From Candidatus Dormiibacterota bacterium (lineage in GTDB: Bacteria > Chloroflexota > Dormibacteria > Aeolococcales > Aeolococcaceae): a DNA stretch of 64,000 nt. The DNA is taken from the NCBI GenBank assembly GCA_963709585.1, contig CAVPXI010000021.1, positions 1 to 64,000 on the forward strand. The letters run 5' to 3'. Of this stretch, positions 44,733 to 54,420 are shown piece by piece. The stretch's first letter is position 1. Each line of letters begins with the position of its first letter. Below the pieces are notes generated by a model. The model made no database searches. It saw nothing but the letters and a program-made list of their open reading frames with translations, and was not told the DNA's origin. Both the position numbers and the translations under genes were made by a program.

Positions 44733-44752
44733 TAATATGACCGGTCATCTTA
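44733..44752. promoter_or_regulatory. Palindromic TetR-type operator
   Basis: TAATATGACCGGTCATCTTA upstream of the tautomerase operon, divergent from TetR. Confidence 0.7.
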
Positions 44753-44942
44753 CACGTGCACGACCCGCCCGTCCACGTGAGATCCGACCGCTGGACGTGG
44801 GTAGCCGAACCCGGTCGCGCGCCCGATGCGAGCCGCAACGGGTCCTCCGGTCCGCCCTGGACTCCCGCGAGCGCGGAAGCCCTTCCGGAGCGGATTCATG
44901 CAATGGTGAGAACGATGCAGAGCGGTTCGAGATGCTGAGCTG

Positions 44943-45536
44943 ATGGCCCGAGCCAGCGTCAGGGATCGGCTCGTCGCAAGCGCCGTGGAGGTGTTCCACG
45001 CGCGCGGGTTCAACGGCTGCAGCGTCCAGGACATCGTCGACGCGGCCGGGGTGCCGAAGGGTTCCTTCTACAACCACTTCGACAGCAAGGAGGCGCTCGG
45101 CGTCGAGGTGGTGCGTGCCTACACCGCGCTTGTCGGTGCCTATGTGGTCGAGGCCGGCGCGGCCGACATCCTATCGGGTGAGGGCATGCCGCTACAGAGG
45201 ATTCGCGCGTATTTCGAGGCGGTTATCGAGCAGAACGTGAGCTGCGGAGTCCGTAAGGGGTGCCTGCTCGGCAATTTTGCGATCGAACTCGCCCCCCACA
45301 GCTCGGAGATCGCCACCGCGGTGACCGACGCTCTCGACAATTGGAGCGCTGCCGTCGCCCTGGCTCTCGCTCAGGCGCAGGATGCGGGGGAGTTGTCGCA
45401 GGACGCCGACGTCGGCTCGCTCGCCCGCTACCTGGTCGACGGCTACGAGGGTGCGGCCACGCGGGCGAAGCTGATCGGTGATCGCGCTCCAATGGACGAA
45501 TTCATTCGGACGACATTCGATTTCCTGCTGTCCTAG
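44943..45536 (+). CDS. TetR family regulator (NemR/LmrA-like)
   Basis: 'GVPKGSFYNHFDSKE', 'GCLLGN'. Confidence 0.9.
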   Translation: MARASVRDRLVASAVEVFHARGFNGCSVQDIVDAAGVPKGSFYNHFDSKEALGVEVVRAYTALVGAYVVEAGAADILSGEGMPLQRIRAYFEAVIEQNVSCGVRKGCLLGNFAIELAPHSSEIATAVTDALDNWSAAVALALAQAQDAGELSQDADVGSLARYLVDGYEGAATRAKLIGDRAPMDEFIRTTFDFLLS

Positions 45537-45547
45537 TCGGGTAACGG

Positions 45548-46646
45548 CTACTCATTGCGCGCATGGCCGAAGTACATCAGTTCCCAGATCGCTTCGTCCT
45601 TGTGCGTCTCGATCAGCTCGCCGCCATGGTGGTGCGATACCTCAATGTCGCCCGCGAAGCGAAGGTATGCGCCGTCGAAGTGCGCGAGCTGTGCGGCAAT
45701 ATGCTTGACGCCCTTGACGTTGTCGATCATCCGAACTCAGCATCAGATCGCGAGTCCGAGTGAATGACACGGCGTATCGGTCATCGCCTTCGTGATAGAC
45801 ATATCGGGTCGTTGTCGCCACGGGTTTTCCGGTTGTCTCGTCGCTGTAGATGCCTTCGCGTTCGAACGTGACCCTGGCCGGGTCGTCGGCGATAACGACG
45901 CCGTCGCGAGCCAGCATGAAAATTGGAATCGGCTCGAAGCCGTACCTTTTCGCGGACGTGATGTAGGAAGCGATGACCGAGTACGGCCCTGCCTGCCCTC
46001 GGGCCCAGTACCAGTCGTGGACCACCTTCATCAGACCCACGTTTCCCCAGTTGTGGTCGTGGTAGCCGACCCCGGTTGTCTGGTGCTGCTCACCCTCGAC
46101 CGTGTAGGCGAGCGTCACCGCGCCCTGCGGCACTGAAGGAAGCCACGCGAACTCCAGCGACCGATCCGCACCGAACAGCATGTACCCCGAGCCCGGACGC
46201 CACGCGGGAATCTCGCCGGTCAACGTGACATCGACCGATATCTCCTCCGCAGTCGCCTCGATCCGATAGGTGTGCAGATCACCGGTGAATCGATTGTTGC
46301 CAAGCCGCACGTCAGCATGGTCGCGAGCCGCCGACCACGCCGCCGCCGGAACGTCGATGACCTTCTCGAAGTGCCGCCCGTCAGGCAGGTCGAGTTCGAG
46401 CCGCAGCAATGGGGACAACGGCTTCTGCGGCTCGGCGATGTCCTTGTTCATGAACGCGATGACCAACTTGGCGCCGTCGGCGAGATGCGCGTCGAAGTAC
46501 CACCACTCGTAGGTGCCCGCCGAGTCGTCGGTGCGGGCGCCATCCTCCCAGACCTCGATCGAGGTCGGCGATAATCCGAGGCGCTCATAGTCCGCGGGGC
46601 TGCTCGCCATGACTGCCAGTCTCTTTGCGACAGGTGGTTGGGTCAT
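45548..46646 (-). CDS. CrtC/hydroxyneurosporene synthase-like lipocalin-fold protein (+1 frameshift near 45735)
   Basis: 'YEWWYFDA', 'GYHDHNWG', 'WYWARG'. Confidence 0.72.
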
Positions 46647-46740
46647 CGATCCGTCCTCCTGGCTCGCCGGCTTTCGGCCGCGCCCTGCATGCCTCGGTAA
46701 GGAACACGGCGCGCGCGACCGGTCGGGTGTGTATGACAAC

Positions 46741-47355
46741 TCATCTGATGAGCCCGGCGGCTCGGCGTGCGCGCTCGGCGGCGGGTCGTATCGGGCAGGC
46801 CGCGAGGTGGTCGTCTATCACGCCGCACGCCTGCATCAGTGCGTACAACGTTGTCGGGCCGAGGAAGCGAAAGCCTCGGCGCTTGAGTTCGCGCGCCAGT
46901 GATTCGGCCTCGGGCGTCGTCGAGGGTACGTCCGTCCACGCGGCTGGTGGTCGGTGCCGTGATGCCCGTGGATCCGGCCGCAGGAGTGAGGCAAGTGGCT
47001 CGCCCGCGGCGCGCAGCTGCACGGTGGCGCGCGCGTTCCCGATTGTCGCCTCGATCTTCGCGCGATTGCGAACGATGCTGACGTCGTTGAGGAGGCGTGT
47101 GATGTCTGCTGCATCAAAACGCGCAACGGCATCAGCGTCGAAATTCGCGAAGGCGCTGCGGAAAGCGTCGCGCTTGGCAAGAATGGTGCGCCAGGAGAGC
47201 CCTGCCTGGAACGCCTCAAGGCTCAAGAGCTCGAACAGCGCACGCTCGTCAGACACTGGAAAGCCCCACTCGGTGTCGTGATACCGCTCGTAGAGCGGAT
47301 CGCCGTCCCCGAAGCACCGGCGGGCAATCACCGCGGTGCGGGTTTCACCGGCCAT
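46741..47355 (-). CDS. tag: DNA-3-methyladenine glycosylase I
   Basis: 'YHDTEWG', 'LEAFQAGLSW', 'IVRNRAKI', 'DDHLAAC'. Confidence 0.93.
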   Translation of the reverse strand: MAGETRTAVIARRCFGDGDPLYERYHDTEWGFPVSDERALFELLSLEAFQAGLSWRTILAKRDAFRSAFANFDADAVARFDAADITRLLNDVSIVRNRAKIEATIGNARATVQLRAAGEPLASLLRPDPRASRHRPPAAWTDVPSTTPEAESLARELKRRGFRFLGPTTLYALMQACGVIDDHLAACPIRPAAERARRAAGLIR

Positions 47356-47418
47356 GGCGACCCGAAGCTTGGGCCGGCTTCAGGCCCCGGACCTCCGGGC
47401 CGCGCTCAGAGCGTGGTC

Positions 47419-48384
47419 TCATCGGGGCCGCTCCCGAGTCACCTCGGCCGGTCGCTTGTCGTCGCGGAGCCCGAGGAAACGCGGTTGCCGCAGCCGGCCA
47501 TCATTCGTCCACTCTGCGAAGCCGATCTGCGCGACCAGTTCCGGCCGGGTCCAGTGCGTGCCGCGCGGAGTGGGTCTCACGTCCATGAACGGCGGCTCCG
47601 ATGTCGCCAGGGAGCGCAGCCGCGCGCCGAGATCGCGGAGCATCGCCGCGGTGTAGCCGGTGCCGACCCTTCCGGCGTACCGGAGCCGGCCGTCCTCGTG
47701 ATATCCGACGAGCAGGGCACCGAAATCAGTCCGGCTGCCGGTTGGATCGGTGTAACCGCCGATGACGAACTCCTGCTCCCAGACGCACTTCAGCTTCAGC
47801 CAGTCCTTCGAACGCCCGGGGACGTACGGCGCGGCGGCGCGCTTGGCGATGAGTCCCTCCCAGCCGGAACGGCACGCGTCGTCAAACCGCCGCTGCGCGT
47901 TGTCCCGCCAGGCCTCGGAGAGTTGCAGGGCGGCGCTCGACCGGATTGCCCGCGTCAGTCGGGCGCGACGCTCTTCGAGCGGCCGGTGGGTCAGGTCCTC
48001 GCCCTCGATCTCGAGGACGTCAAAGACGCAGTAGACCACCGGGTAGGCGGCTATCTGCTGGGGGGAGGGCGCGGTGGAGCCGAGACGCTGCTGAAGCCGG
48101 CTGAAGGACGTCTGCTCACCTTGGTACGCGACCACCTCGCCGTCAAGCAGAAGCTCGAGAGCCCGCTGGGTCAGCAGGGCGGCGCGTATTTCGGGGTACG
48201 TGGCGGTGAGGTTCTTGCCGGTGCGCGACTCGAGCCGCACGTCGCCGCCCCGTTTGCGCGCAACGCAACGCTCGCCGTCGAATTTGCGCTCGAGCAGCCA
48301 GTCGCCACCGAAGTCGCGACGGTCGGTCAGGGTCGCCAGCATCAGGGGAATTGGCACGTGCGGATCGTCCGCCTTCCCAGGCAC
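47419..48384 (-). CDS. ATP-dependent DNA ligase (stand-alone LigD/LigC-type ligase domain)
   Basis: 'ERKFDGER', 'LDGEVV', 'EGLIAK', 'WLKLK', 'LRQPRF'. Confidence 0.9.
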   Translation of the reverse strand: MPGKADDPHVPIPLMLATLTDRRDFGGDWLLERKFDGERCVARKRGGDVRLESRTGKNLTATYPEIRAALLTQRALELLLDGEVVAYQGEQTSFSRLQQRLGSTAPSPQQIAAYPVVYCVFDVLEIEGEDLTHRPLEERRARLTRAIRSSAALQLSEAWRDNAQRRFDDACRSGWEGLIAKRAAAPYVPGRSKDWLKLKCVWEQEFVIGGYTDPTGSRTDFGALLVGYHEDGRLRYAGRVGTGYTAAMLRDLGARLRSLATSEPPFMDVRPTPRGTHWTRPELVAQIGFAEWTNDGRLRQPRFLGLRDDKRPAEVTRERPR

Positions 48385-48499
48385 GTCAGGTCGCGGTCCG
48401 ACACAAGAGCTGAGATCCTACCGTGTCATGCCGGGGACCGATCGGGCACCCTGAGCTCGTCGTCATGCCTGCGCTGTACGTTATTCGTCAGGAGCTCAG

Positions 48500-49252
48500 A
48501 TGACAGGATCCCAGGTGACCACGCTCGACTTAGACCTCCAAAACCAGAAGGCATTGGTGACGGGTGCTACCTCGGGCATCGGCCGGGCGATTGCCCTCCA
48601 GTTGGCCCGGCAAGGGGCCGAGGTCCTTGTCCATGGCAGGGACGCTCAGCGCGGGGCGGGTACGGTTGAAGCGATCACCGCTGCGGGAGGGAAGGCGCGA
48701 TTCGTGGCTGCCAACCTCAGCGATCCCGGTGATCTGCAGCGCCTGGTCGACACGATTGGCGAGGTCGACGTGCTGGTCAACAACGCGGGCTTCTCGTGGT
48801 TCGGACCAACGCCGGATCTCGATGTCGAGACCTTCGACGCCTTGTTCGTGAGCAACGTTCGGGCGCCGTTCTTTCTGGTGGCCGGATTTGCTCCGAAGAT
48901 GGCGGCGAGAGGATATGGCAGCATCATCAACGTCTCCAGCATGGCCGGCCAGATCGGCCTTGCCGGCGGGGCGGCCTACGGGGCGACGAAGGCCACTTTG
49001 TCGTCCATGACTCGGGCCTGGGCGGCGGAGTTCAGCCCCCGGGGTGTCCGCGTCAACGCCATCGCCCCTGGTCCGGTGTACACAGGAGGCGCCGACACCG
49101 AGCGCACCACGAACCTGGGAGCAACCACCTTGCTCAAGCGAGCTGCCAACGCCGAAGAGATTGCTGAGGTCGTCGGATTCCTCGCCTCACCTAGGGCGAG
49201 CTACATCACCGGCGCCGTCATCGCGGCCGATGGCGGTCGCACAGCCATCTAG
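48500..49252 (+). CDS. SDR family oxidoreductase
   Basis: 'TGATSGIG', 'NNAG', 'YGATK'. Confidence 0.93.
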   Translation: MTGSQVTTLDLDLQNQKALVTGATSGIGRAIALQLARQGAEVLVHGRDAQRGAGTVEAITAAGGKARFVAANLSDPGDLQRLVDTIGEVDVLVNNAGFSWFGPTPDLDVETFDALFVSNVRAPFFLVAGFAPKMAARGYGSIINVSSMAGQIGLAGGAAYGATKATLSSMTRAWAAEFSPRGVRVNAIAPGPVYTGGADTERTTNLGATTLLKRAANAEEIAEVVGFLASPRASYITGAVIAADGGRTAI

Positions 49253-49307
49253 CGTTTAGGCCTCCTTTGCACGGGCCCGTGGAGCTTAGGGTCCGATCAA
49301 CGAGCCG

Positions 49308-49585
49308 CTAGTGCGCCAGCCGCTCCGTCAAGCGAATGGTCACCGTGTCCCCGGCACTTTTTCCGATCGCATGTTGAAGGTCGGCCTTGATCGGCAACTT
49401 GTGCGTTCCGTCGCCCAGTGCCATGAACGAGCTCTGGAACGGCTGATGATCGACCGTACCGCGGACCTTCACCAAACCACGTGTTCCGAAAAATGCCACC
49501 GAGTCGGGCATCACGACATACGTCCATCCGCCCTTGCTCGGACTTTTTCCAGCGCGGCGCGGAATTGTTTGTTCAAAGCCACCAT
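49308..49585 (-). CDS. DUF1905-like small protein (-1 frameshift near 49544)
   Basis: Corrected '[14 protein letters not shown]...VKVRGTVD...HKLPIKA'. Confidence 0.72.
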
Positions 49586-49589
49586 TTCC

Positions 49590-49979
49590 CTATGACAGCT
49601 CCACGATCTCGAGGCCGTTCCCGTCCTGGTCGCGAAAAGCAAACATCGGCGGTACGCCCGGCCAGCGCAACACATCGTCAGCGTCTACGCCATTGGCGAT
49701 CAAATCCGCGCGGCTCGCATCCGCATTGGATGTGGTGAACCGAATTCCCGTTTCGACACCCGCAGGGACGCCGTCGTGGGCGCGAATCAGCGCGATGGTG
49801 ATCGCCGCGGCAGGCGGACCAACCTCGATCCAACGCGTGCCTTCGCCCATCGGAACGTCGAGTCGCTTGTCGAATCCGAGCGTGTCGACATAGAAGGCAA
49901 GCGCTTTCTCCTGGTCGACCACGGGGATTCCCACCGTTCGAATGTCAGTGATTCCACTCTTGGTTCGCGTGTCAGCCAT
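49590..49979 (-). CDS. VOC family protein
   Basis: 'PVVDQEKALAFY', 'FRDQDGN'. Confidence 0.88.
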   Translation of the reverse strand: MADTRTKSGITDIRTVGIPVVDQEKALAFYVDTLGFDKRLDVPMGEGTRWIEVGPPAAAITIALIRAHDGVPAGVETGIRFTTSNADASRADLIANGVDADDVLRWPGVPPMFAFRDQDGNGLEIVELS

Positions 49980-49996
49980 TTGGTCGCCTCCTTGTG

Positions 49997-50747
49997 TCAT
50001 CCGTACATCAACGATCCCGGGGTGGTCAGCACTTCCCCGGTTTCGATCCACGTCTTCAGGCCGGACAGGATCATCGGCCAGCCGCCAAAGAGCTGATCGT
50101 TCGCACCCTCACGGAGCTGGTCGTGGGTAACCGTCAGGCGGCACGAATCGCCGACAGGCTCGATCTCCCATGTGACCCGTGACGTGCCTTCTGTCTTTAC
50201 ATCGTCACCCCACAGGGCAAGCGCTGTCTGCACCAGCCGGCGGGGCGGATCGACTTCGACGTTTTCTCCTTCGATAAGGGCACCGGCACGCGGGTTGGTC
50301 ACCCTGTACTGCGACCCCGGGGCCCACGTCGAACTCGACGCGATTGCCGAACTGGAACTTGGTACGGGTTTCGCTGTCCGTGATCGCCTGCCACAGCCGC
50401 TCGGGCGTGGTGCGAATGTAGATCTCGAAGATTTTTTCCATGGGCTTCTCCAATTGCTGTTTGATCTCGCTGAGCGTTGCCACCCAGGGTTCGGCGTATT
50501 TGCTCACCCACCGGTCGTGGATGAGGCGGATGGGAACGGGGTTGAGGAAGTGCAGCTTTTCCCGACCTCGCCGCCTGGTCAGGACCAGGTGAGCGTCCTC
50601 AAGGAGCTGCAGATGCTTCATGACGCCGATCCGCGTCATGGGGTAGTGGGCCGCCAGCGCGTTGAGGGTCTGGCCGTCCTCGCGGAAGAGGCGATCCAGG
50701 AGATCACGGCGGGTGGGATCGGCCAGCACTCGAAAGACGGCATCCAT
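49997..50747 (-). CDS. ArsR regulator fused to SRPBCC/AHSA1 domain (+1 frameshift near 50333)
   Basis: 'VFRVLADPTRR', 'IYIRTTPERLWQAITD', 'GGWPMILSGLK'. Confidence 0.88.
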
Positions 50748-50754
50748 GGCGACG

Positions 50755-50784
50755 ATTATAGGTAACCATTTGGTTACCTGTCAA
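50755..50784 (-). promoter_or_regulatory. Consensus promoter with palindromic operator in the spacer
   Basis: TTGACA-18-TATAAT, 7 nt to ATG; AGGTAACCA-TT-TGGTTACCT at 50760-50779. Confidence 0.85.
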
Positions 50785-50950
50785 GGGGGCGCGGCTTCGG
50801 CGCTGAGGGTCGCACCGTCCGTGAACCCGGCGTGCCTCAGCGACTAGGGTCCGGCTCGTGGATCGGGTTATCGCCCATCCGGCTGCTCAGGAGCTTGATG
50901 ATCGCTACGAGTCTGTCGTTCTGGTGCTAAGTGCCAGGACGGGTTTGCCG

Positions 50951-51025
50951 TGGCTGGGGAGGAAGGATTCGAACCTTCGGATGGCGGATCCAAAGTCCGC
51001 TGCCTTACCACTTGGCGACTCCCCA
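50951..51025 (-). tRNA. tRNA-Gln (anticodon TTG)
   Basis: TGGGGAG acceptor stem, anticodon arm GCGGA-CTTTGGA-TCCGC, T arm GGTTCGAATCC, encoded CCA. Confidence 0.96.
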
Positions 51026-51071
51026 GTGGCACGTCGATCCTACCCGGCGATCGGGCCTGCGACCGGCTTGG

Positions 51072-51998
51072 TCAGACCTGCGAGCCGGCCGCGGCGGCGG
51101 CGACACCACCCGTCACCCCGCCATCTATCCGGGTCAGCCATTCGCTGACGACGTACACGAACTCGCCGGGGACCTCGAGCATGGGCACGTGGCCCGCGCC
51201 CTCGAACTCGTGGTACTCCCAGTCGGGGCGGAGAGACGCGATGTTCCGCGCTGAGGCGACGGGAACGAGACGATCCTGCGCACCCTGAAGGAGCAGGGTT
51301 GGGGCCACGACCTCCTGCACCCAGCGGAGTACCTTCCGCTTCAGCGCGAGTGCCGCCACCAGCGAACGGGTTGCCGAATAAAAGGACTCGTGCCAGCTGG
51401 ACTCGGCAAGCCGCTCGGTCTCGAGGCCGATGTGCGCGTCCATCACCGCCTGGTCGATGCTCCCCGGGTCACTGGTGACCAGCCGCATGGTCTCGCGCAC
51501 CAGGCTCTCGGCGCCGCGGGCCGCGACAGCACGGCTGAGCCGCCGTGCGCCCCACCGCGGCATGAATGCGGTCGCGAGGAACGTTCGCGACACACGGTCG
51601 AGCCGGGGCGGAAATTCGCCGCGCGGGGCCGGCACGGCAGGGTCGACCAGCACGAGCGCGTCGATCAGGCTTGGATGCTGAGCCGCCGCCCCGATCGAGA
51701 GCAGCCCGCCCATCGAGTTGCCGACCAGGATGATCGGGCGGGGCGAGAGCCGGGTGATCGCCCGGGTCAGCAGGTCGACGTTGGCAGCGATCGACGACCG
51801 CCGTCCGGCGAGCGGCGACCGCCCGAAGCCCGGGAGGTCGAGCGCGTAGACACGATGGCGAGCCGCCAGCTGCGGAGCGACGGCCATCCAGTTCAGGTGC
51901 GCCCCGCCGAGGCCGTGGACGAGCAGCATCACCGCGCCCTCCCCGCCGAAATCGGCGACGTAGACCGGGCCGTCGATGTCGAGGATCGAGGACTGCAT
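51072..51998 (-). CDS. Alpha/beta hydrolase
   Basis: 'VHGLGG', 'GNSMGG', 'GAGHVPMLE'; TAGGAT 7 nt before ATG. Confidence 0.9.
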   Translation of the reverse strand: MQSSILDIDGPVYVADFGGEGAVMLLVHGLGGAHLNWMAVAPQLAARHRVYALDLPGFGRSPLAGRRSSIAANVDLLTRAITRLSPRPIILVGNSMGGLLSIGAAAQHPSLIDALVLVDPAVPAPRGEFPPRLDRVSRTFLATAFMPRWGARRLSRAVAARGAESLVRETMRLVTSDPGSIDQAVMDAHIGLETERLAESSWHESFYSATRSLVAALALKRKVLRWVQEVVAPTLLLQGAQDRLVPVASARNIASLRPDWEYHEFEGAGHVPMLEVPGEFVYVVSEWLTRIDGGVTGGVAAAAAGSQV

Positions 51999-52062
51999 CG
52001 CTGCCATCCTACGGACGCGGTGCCGAAGGCCGGCTCCGGCAAGCCCGTATACTCGCGAGTAC

Positions 52063-53427
52063 ATGGGTGACGGGCCCCACGCGGTGATCCTCGCCGCGGG
52101 GCAGGGCAAACGGATGCGCAGCGCCCTCCCCAAAGTCCTTCATCCGCTGGGCGGTCGCCCGCTCATCCTGTACTCGGTCGGTGCGGTGCGCGCCGCCACC
52201 GGGAGTGCGCCGGTGGTGGTCATCCCGCGCGGCGACAGCGCTGTTCGCGACCTGCTCGGCGACGCCGCCACGTGCGTGGAGCAGGAGAGTGCACTCGGCA
52301 CCGGCGATGCGTTGCGGAGTGTGCCCGAGGCGTTGCGGGACCCCGGCCCCGTCCTCGTGACCCATGGCGACGCCCCGCTCATCAGGGCCGAGACGTTTCA
52401 GCGTCTTCTGGATGCCCATACGTCGAGCCCTCGGGCGTGCACGCTCCTCCTCGGAGTTCCGGCCGATCCGTCGGGCATGGGCCGGGTCATCCGCGACGCT
52501 GAGGGCCATGTCCTGAGCATCGTCGAGGAGGCCGATCTGCCTCCCGGCGAACCCGTGCCGATGGAGTGCAATGCCGGCGTCTACGTCTTCGATGGAGCGC
52601 AGCTCTGGCCGGCGCTCGACCGCCTCGGCAGCGCCAATGCCCAGGGCGAGTACTACCTCACCGACGTCGTCGCCCTCCTGACCGGCCCGGTCGAGGGCGT
52701 GGTCGCTCCCGATCCCGACGAGGTCCTCGGGATCAACGATCGCCGTCAGCTGGCTGCGGCCGAGGCGGTGCTCCGCCGCCGCACCGTCGAGGCGCTCATG
52801 CTCGCCGGGGTCACGTTCGAGGATCCGGCGACGACCTACGTGGATGCCCAGGTCGTCGTGGGCAGGGACAGCGTCATCCGGGCGATGACATCGCTGCGCG
52901 GCGCCACCACCCTTGGCGCCGGCTGCGAGATCGGCCCCATGGCGGTGCTCACCGACGTCCGCGCGGGCGATCGGGTGGTCGTCGGGCCGTCCCACCTCGA
53001 GCAGTGCGAGCTCGGCGACGGTGTCCGGGTCGGCTCCTACTGCCGGGTCCGTCTGAATACCGTGCTCGCGTCCGGGGTAGAGTTGGGGACGCATGCCGAG
53101 GTCAAGAACAGCACCGTGGGGGCCGGAACCCGCATCAGCCACTTCTCGTGCGTGCTGGACAGCGACGTGGGTGAGGCGGTGAACATCGGCGCCGGGACGG
53201 TCACCTGCAACTACGACGGTGAGGCAAAGCACCGGACCACCATCGGGGACCGGGTCTTCGTCGGGACGAACACAACCCTGGTGGCGCCGGTGCGCCTGGG
53301 CGAGGGCTCCTACGTGGGCGCGGGATCCTTTGTCGACCATGACGTGCCCGCCGGCGCGCTCGCCGTCGGCCGGAGCCGGCAGCACAACATCGAGGGATGG
53401 GCGTCCCGGCGGCCGCGCCAGCCGTGA
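52063..53427 (+). CDS. glmU: Bifunctional UDP-GlcNAc pyrophosphorylase / acetyltransferase
   Basis: 'ILAAGQGKRMRSALPKVLH', 'GEYYLTD', 'NIGAGTVTCNYDG'. Confidence 0.96.
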   Translation: MGDGPHAVILAAGQGKRMRSALPKVLHPLGGRPLILYSVGAVRAATGSAPVVVIPRGDSAVRDLLGDAATCVEQESALGTGDALRSVPEALRDPGPVLVTHGDAPLIRAETFQRLLDAHTSSPRACTLLLGVPADPSGMGRVIRDAEGHVLSIVEEADLPPGEPVPMECNAGVYVFDGAQLWPALDRLGSANAQGEYYLTDVVALLTGPVEGVVAPDPDEVLGINDRRQLAAAEAVLRRRTVEALMLAGVTFEDPATTYVDAQVVVGRDSVIRAMTSLRGATTLGAGCEIGPMAVLTDVRAGDRVVVGPSHLEQCELGDGVRVGSYCRVRLNTVLASGVELGTHAEVKNSTVGAGTRISHFSCVLDSDVGEAVNIGAGTVTCNYDGEAKHRTTIGDRVFVGTNTTLVAPVRLGEGSYVGAGSFVDHDVPAGALAVGRSRQHNIEGWASRRPRQP

Positions 53428-54389
53428 CCGACTCCAACCCCTACGGCGAGCTGTTGCTGCTCTCGGGCAGCGGCAACCCCGAGCTCAGCGAGCGAATCGC
53501 CCGCGAGATCGGCGTGAGCCTCGCCGAGTGCGAGATCACCCGGTTCGCGGACGGCGAGTTCGACGTCAAGATCCGCGAGTTGGTTCGCGGTCACGACGTG
53601 TTCCTGGTGCAGCCGACGTGCCATCCGGTCAGCGACAACCTGATCGAGCTGTTCATCATCCTCGACGCGCTGCGCCGTGCCTCGGCGTCGCGCATCACCG
53701 CGGTGATCCCGTACTACGGGTACCAGCGCAAGGAGAAGAAGACCCAGGCGCGCGATCCGATCAGCGCCAAGCTGATGGCGAACATCATCGAGCTCGCCGG
53801 CGCCAACCGGGTGATCTGCGTCGACCTCCATGCCGAGGCGATCCAGGGCTTCTTCGACATCCCCGTGGACGCGCTCATCGCGACCAAGATCCTCGCCCGG
53901 CGCGTGCGCGAACGCCACGGGCACGACGTCGTGGTCGTGTCACCGGACACCGGCGGCGTGCATCGCGCGCGCAACCTGGCGCGCATCCTCGACGCACCGA
54001 TCGCGGTCATTGACAAACGTCGCCCGCGCGACGACACCGTCGAGGTTGTCAACGTCATCGGTGACGTCGACGGCGCGGTCTGCGTGATCGTCGACGACCT
54101 CATCTCCACCGGCGGCACCCTCATTGGCGCAGCCATCGCGCTCCTCGCCAGCGGCGCGAAATCGGTCGACGTGGTCGCGACCCACGGGGTCCTGAGTGAC
54201 GGCGCGGTGGCGCGACTCCACGCGGCGCCGATCGACGAGATCTGCATCACCGACACGATCCCGTACCACAACGGCAGTCACAGCTTCGACGATACGCCCA
54301 AGCTCCGCATCCTCTCGGTCGCGCCCCTGATCGCCGAGGCGATCGTGCGCGTCCACGAGGGCCGGAGCGTGAGCGAACTGTTCCGGTGA
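53424..54389 (+). CDS. prs: Ribose-phosphate pyrophosphokinase
   Basis: 'FADGE', 'PYYGYQR', 'VSPDTGG', 'IVDDLISTGGT'. Confidence 0.96.
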   Translation: MTDSNPYGELLLLSGSGNPELSERIAREIGVSLAECEITRFADGEFDVKIRELVRGHDVFLVQPTCHPVSDNLIELFIILDALRRASASRITAVIPYYGYQRKEKKTQARDPISAKLMANIIELAGANRVICVDLHAEAIQGFFDIPVDALIATKILARRVRERHGHDVVVVSPDTGGVHRARNLARILDAPIAVIDKRRPRDDTVEVVNVIGDVDGAVCVIVDDLISTGGTLIGAAIALLASGAKSVDVVATHGVLSDGAVARLHAAPIDEICITDTIPYHNGSHSFDDTPKLRILSVAPLIAEAIVRVHEGRSVSELFR

Positions 54390-54420
54390 GCGGCTCAGAC
54401 CCACCGCCGTCCCCGACTCG

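Noticed and set aside
44756-44938. 60-aa ORF between tautomerase and TetR
   Set aside because: No RBS, motif or recognisable similarity; treated as intergenic
50780-51025. Integrative element or prophage at tRNA-Gln
   Set aside because: No integrase, phage genes or att repeat seen
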